A stretch of 62,636 nt of DNA, the filler included, from Candidatus Woesearchaeota archaeon (GTDB taxonomy: Archaea > Nanobdellota > Nanobdellia > Woesearchaeales > J072): assembly GCA_003695265.1 (NCBI GenBank). It is 6 parts of 6 records of this genome, joined end to end, with 100 filler letters (N's around TTAATTAATTAA, not from the genome) between each part and the next. Parts side by side here need not be neighbours in the genome. Positions count along the whole stretch, not along the records: positions 59,806 to 62,636 come from RFII01000078.1; 5 more parts are not named here. One strand, 5' to 3'. Under the pieces are notes generated by a model. It was not told the origin of the DNA. It saw nothing but the letters and a program-made list of their open reading frames with translations, and searched no databases. The translations under genes were made by a program, and so were the position numbers. Of the stretch, positions 59,706-62,636 are shown one piece after another (within the stretch, counting starts at the first letter, position 1; the number at the start of each line of letters is the position of its first letter).

Positions 59706-59805
59706 NNNNNNNNNNNNNNNNNNNNNNNNNNNNNNNNNNNNNNNNNNNNTTAATTAATTAANNNNNNNNNNNNNNNNNNNNNNNNNNNNNNNNNNNNNNN
59801 NNNNN
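59706..59805. other. Artificial contig spacer
   Basis: N44-TTAATTAATTAA-N44. Confidence 0.97.
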
Positions 59806-60735
59806 AATATAAATTAAGTAAATTGCTATAAGCGCAAAAGCCTCTTTCTTCTCGAGCTTTAACTTTCTCCAAAAGAAAAACAAGGCTATTAATGATGCCA
59901 AAAACCAAAAAGGAATGTCAAAAAAAAGCACTACAGGGTCGAAAGCGTAGGTTGAGATTGCTGCGCCGATACCTAAGATCAGTAGAGGGTTTGTTATGTT
60001 GCTGCCGACCAAGGTTCCGAGAGATATTCCATACGATTTCTTCATAAGCCCAACTGCTGAAGTTGTCAGTTCAGGAAGGGCTGTGCTAACACCTATCACG
60101 AGAGACCCTATGAGAGAGCCGCTTATGCCAAACTTATCTGTGAAGAATACTGCTATTTTCATAACGCGGTCTGCTGAAAAAATTAAAACTATTATACCAA
60201 TAATTATCATGATTAAATCAGCTGCTAAACGCGCTATTTTTTTGTGGCGCTCAACCTTTCCTTTAACGTCCTCTTTTTTTGACAAGTAAACCATGTAACC
60301 AGCATAGATTAATATAAAGACAATTCCCTCCAACCTTGATAAAAGACCGTCCAATCCTATCAAAAAAAGCAGCGCAATGCTTGCAAGCATGAAAACATAG
60401 CTTGTCTTTAGGAAATTCTTGTTTGTGTGAATAATCCCGAAGAAGCCAACAATTCCTGTGATTAAAGTTATTTGAACAAGGTTTGAGCCAACATTAGTGC
60501 CCAGAACAATAGAGGAAACAGTGTTTATGTCAGCACCTTTTAATATGTCAATACTTCCTGCCACGTGGGTTGCGAGCTCTGCCAAACTAGTTCCTATTGA
60601 GAGGACGGTCAGCCCAATAAAGAATTCAGAAATGCCAAGTGACTTTGCCACTTTCCTGCTTTTGCTTACAATAAGCTCAGCTGACAAGACAACTAAAAAA
60701 AGGAATAAAAATCCGAGCAGGACTTCCCCTATAAT
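59806..60735 (-). CDS. Ca2+/Na+ antiporter (YrbG/CaCA family), 3'-truncated; start codon uncertain
   Basis: Alpha repeats GTSLAE..GSN and STALPE..GSNITN. Confidence 0.88.
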
Positions 60736-61034
60736 ATTAAACCACCCTTTGCCTCAATCTTTTTCAAAAAGTATTTCAAGCAGTCAGGCGCGCAGAAAGA
60801 CGCTTTTTTCTTAAAGTCATCAGGGCCGAAAATTAAGGTCATATTATGACTTCCCAAAGGGGCTCCGCAAGTAGCACACACAGACCTCTTTTTTGTTTTG
60901 AACTCCTCTATTTTTAGGTTTACCAAATGCTTTAAGTGTTTTCCGCCATAGTCAAGGTCCTTCTTCATTTTTATAAGCTCTTCGTAAGGCAGCTCATTAA
61001 TCATTTCCACCACTTTTTTTCGGTTGATTTTCAC
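60729..61034 (-). CDS. Small zinc-finger protein (TRASH-like)
   Basis: CATCG..FGP..FCAPDC. Confidence 0.7.
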   Translation of the reverse strand: MKINRKKVVEMINELPYEELIKMKKDLDYGGKHLKHLVNLKIEEFKTKKRSVCATCGAPLGSHNMTLIFGPDDFKKKASFCAPDCLKYFLKKIEAKGGLIL

Positions 61035-62293
61035 ACCTCCAATATTTCATCTGTTTTAGGAGCGCATGCTTTTATGCCGAGGCTTTCTGCGAATTTTGCC
61101 ATGCTTAACGTTGCGCTTTTGTCGCCGTGAACAAAGATTGCGTGCTCAGGCATTATTTTTCTGACTAATTCCTTAAGCTCGCGCATTCCTGCATGCGCTG
61201 AAAAGTCAAACTGCTTGACCTGCGAATTAATCTTTATTAGCTTGTTGTCAATTATGACGCGGCCTTCCTCTAAGAGAAGGCGGCCGTTGCTGTCCTCTGT
61301 CTGGTATCCTGTTAGGAGAATCCCATTGTTAGGGTTGTCTCCTAGCTCGGTTAAGTACTTAATGACAGGCCCTCCACTCAGCATGCCGGATGTTGTGAGA
61401 AAGATTCCTTTCTTCTTCAGCGCTTCTTCACGCTCATCTCTTGATTCTATGAATTCCACTTTTTCCGCAGACTTTTGAAGAAGACTCACATCCCTAATAA
61501 AACCTGGCTCCTGCTCGAACAGCTCTGTAACGCTTTTTGCCATTCCATCCATATAAATCGGAACGCTAAAATCCTTTTTTGCCAGCATCATCATTACTTC
61601 CTGCGCTCGGCCAACGGCAAAAACAGGCAGTATTACTGAGCCTGTATCACTTATTTCTTTTACCTTACTCAAAAAGGCCTTCTCCTCTTTTTTTCTTTCC
61701 GGATGATCTTTCTCTCCGTAGGTTGACTCGCAAATAAGCGTGTTTATCTTCGGAAAGTTGACAAAAGCGCCTTTGAGCAGCATTGTCTGCGTTGTATTTA
61801 TGTCTCCTGTGTAAAGTATTCTTTTTCCTTCTACTTCAACCATTATTGACGCGCTTCCAGGAATGTGGCCTGCGTCCTGAAATGCGAACTCAATACCTTC
61901 TAAATAATTCTTCTGTCCGTACCTCACCTTTTGTACTGAGTCAAGCGCTTTGAAAACATCATTCTTGTCATATGCTGGGTGGTGGTGCTTTATCCTTTCA
62001 ATTTTTAAGGCGTCTTTTAACAGTATTCTTGTTATGGCTTTTGTAGCAGAAGTGCAAAAAATAGGGCATCTTAATCCAGTATGATCAAGCAAGGGAAGCG
62101 CACCGCAGTGGTCCAAGTGGCCGTGGCTTAAAAAAACACCTGCTATCCCTCTTAAATCATCTATATGAGTTGGGTGCTCAGGCTGCTCTGCAGTTATTTT
62201 TATGCCGGCATCAAACAAAAATCTTTTCTCTGATGCTACTTCAACGCAGCTCCTACCAACTTCTCTTGCTGCTCCGTGAAATATCAGTTGCAT
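61031..62293 (-). CDS. Beta-CASP metallo-beta-lactamase ribonuclease
   Basis: EVGRS, SHGHLDH, AGHIPG, TGD, ESTYG, FAVGR, SAH, VHG. Confidence 0.92.
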   Translation of the reverse strand: MQLIFHGAAREVGRSCVEVASEKRFLFDAGIKITAEQPEHPTHIDDLRGIAGVFLSHGHLDHCGALPLLDHTGLRCPIFCTSATKAITRILLKDALKIERIKHHHPAYDKNDVFKALDSVQKVRYGQKNYLEGIEFAFQDAGHIPGSASIMVEVEGKRILYTGDINTTQTMLLKGAFVNFPKINTLICESTYGEKDHPERKKEEKAFLSKVKEISDTGSVILPVFAVGRAQEVMMMLAKKDFSVPIYMDGMAKSVTELFEQEPGFIRDVSLLQKSAEKVEFIESRDEREEALKKKGIFLTTSGMLSGGPVIKYLTELGDNPNNGILLTGYQTEDSNGRLLLEEGRVIIDNKLIKINSQVKQFDFSAHAGMRELKELVRKIMPEHAIFVHGDKSATLSMAKFAESLGIKACAPKTDEILEV

Positions 62294-62294
62294 T

Positions 62295-62618
62295 TTATTC
62301 ACCCATTATCCTTTTCAGGCTTGCAAGCTCACCTTTTGTCAGCCTGACCAGCTTTTTTGCAGTTTTGTCTTTGCTTGCCAGGATAATATAAGCAATGTCT
62401 TCCTTTAATGAGAACATGACCCTAGGCTTTCCTTTAAACACTGTTCCTGTCTTTTCCTTTTTTATTATTCCGAGCAATTCGAGAATTCTGAGCTGCTGGG
62501 AAATATTTGCGCTGCTCGTTTTTAAGGTTTTTGCAAGGCTGTCCAGGCTTTTTTCTGATTTTGAAACCTCCTCTATTATCCTCCATTTCGTGTCAGAAAA
62601 CACCATTTCCAAGTCCAT
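62295..62618 (-). CDS. ArsR-like winged-helix regulator
   Basis: KW.II..LAKTLKTSSANISQQLRILELLG..GKPR. Confidence 0.8.
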   Translation of the reverse strand: MDLEMVFSDTKWRIIEEVSKSEKSLDSLAKTLKTSSANISQQLRILELLGIIKKEKTGTVFKGKPRVMFSLKEDIAYIILASKDKTAKKLVRLTKGELASLKRIMGE

Positions 62619-62636
62619 AATTACTTCTTATAAACC

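Noticed and set aside
1..62636. Genome-wide UGA reassignment as explanation for the DP2 codon
   Set aside because: Many conserved genes end at TGA at the expected position, including ATGA overlaps (amrS/amrB, thyX/tmk fusion, sufB/sufD).
1..62636. CRISPR arrays, tRNA/rRNA genes, transposases, integrases, inteins in MCM or DP2
   Set aside because: None recognised by eye; MCM and DP2 lengths leave no room for inteins. tRNAscan/Infernal would be needed to exclude small RNAs.

Overview
Archaeal sequence, most consistent with a DPANN-type genome such as Woesearchaeota (inferred from gene content; not verifiable without a search). The window is not contiguous: six fragments are joined by five artificial 100-nt N44-TTAATTAATTAA-N44 spacers, so synteny holds only within 1-24561, 24662-35656, 35757-44012, 44113-53401, 53502-59705 and 59806-62636. 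Fragment 1: transporters, slyD, tatA-tatC converging on a long minus-strand run (two-component system, thioredoxin, membrane spermidine-synthase-like protein, and an AmmeMemoRadiSam module whose proteins carry Tat and lipoprotein signals), then a thymidylate cluster with domain fusions. Fragment 2: replication core (DP1, DP2, aIF2-beta, RPA, MCM, TBP, Rpp30) with two ORB-like boxes marking a probable origin; DP2 has an in-frame TGA at a zinc-finger Cys position. Fragment 3: PINA-like ATPase, serS, cdc6 and orphans. Fragment 4: UDP-sugar genes, an RHH-nucleotidyltransferase fusion and a SUF operon. Fragment 5: secreted and surface proteins. Fragment 6: Ca/Na antiporter, beta-CASP nuclease, ArsR-type regulator. 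No rRNA, tRNA, CRISPR array or transposase was recognised. Best leads: the apparently exported AmmeMemoRadiSam system beside its own tatAC, the UGA in DP2, the ORB pair, the DNPH1-like/TMK fusion, and a palindromic promoter motif shared by four orphan genes.
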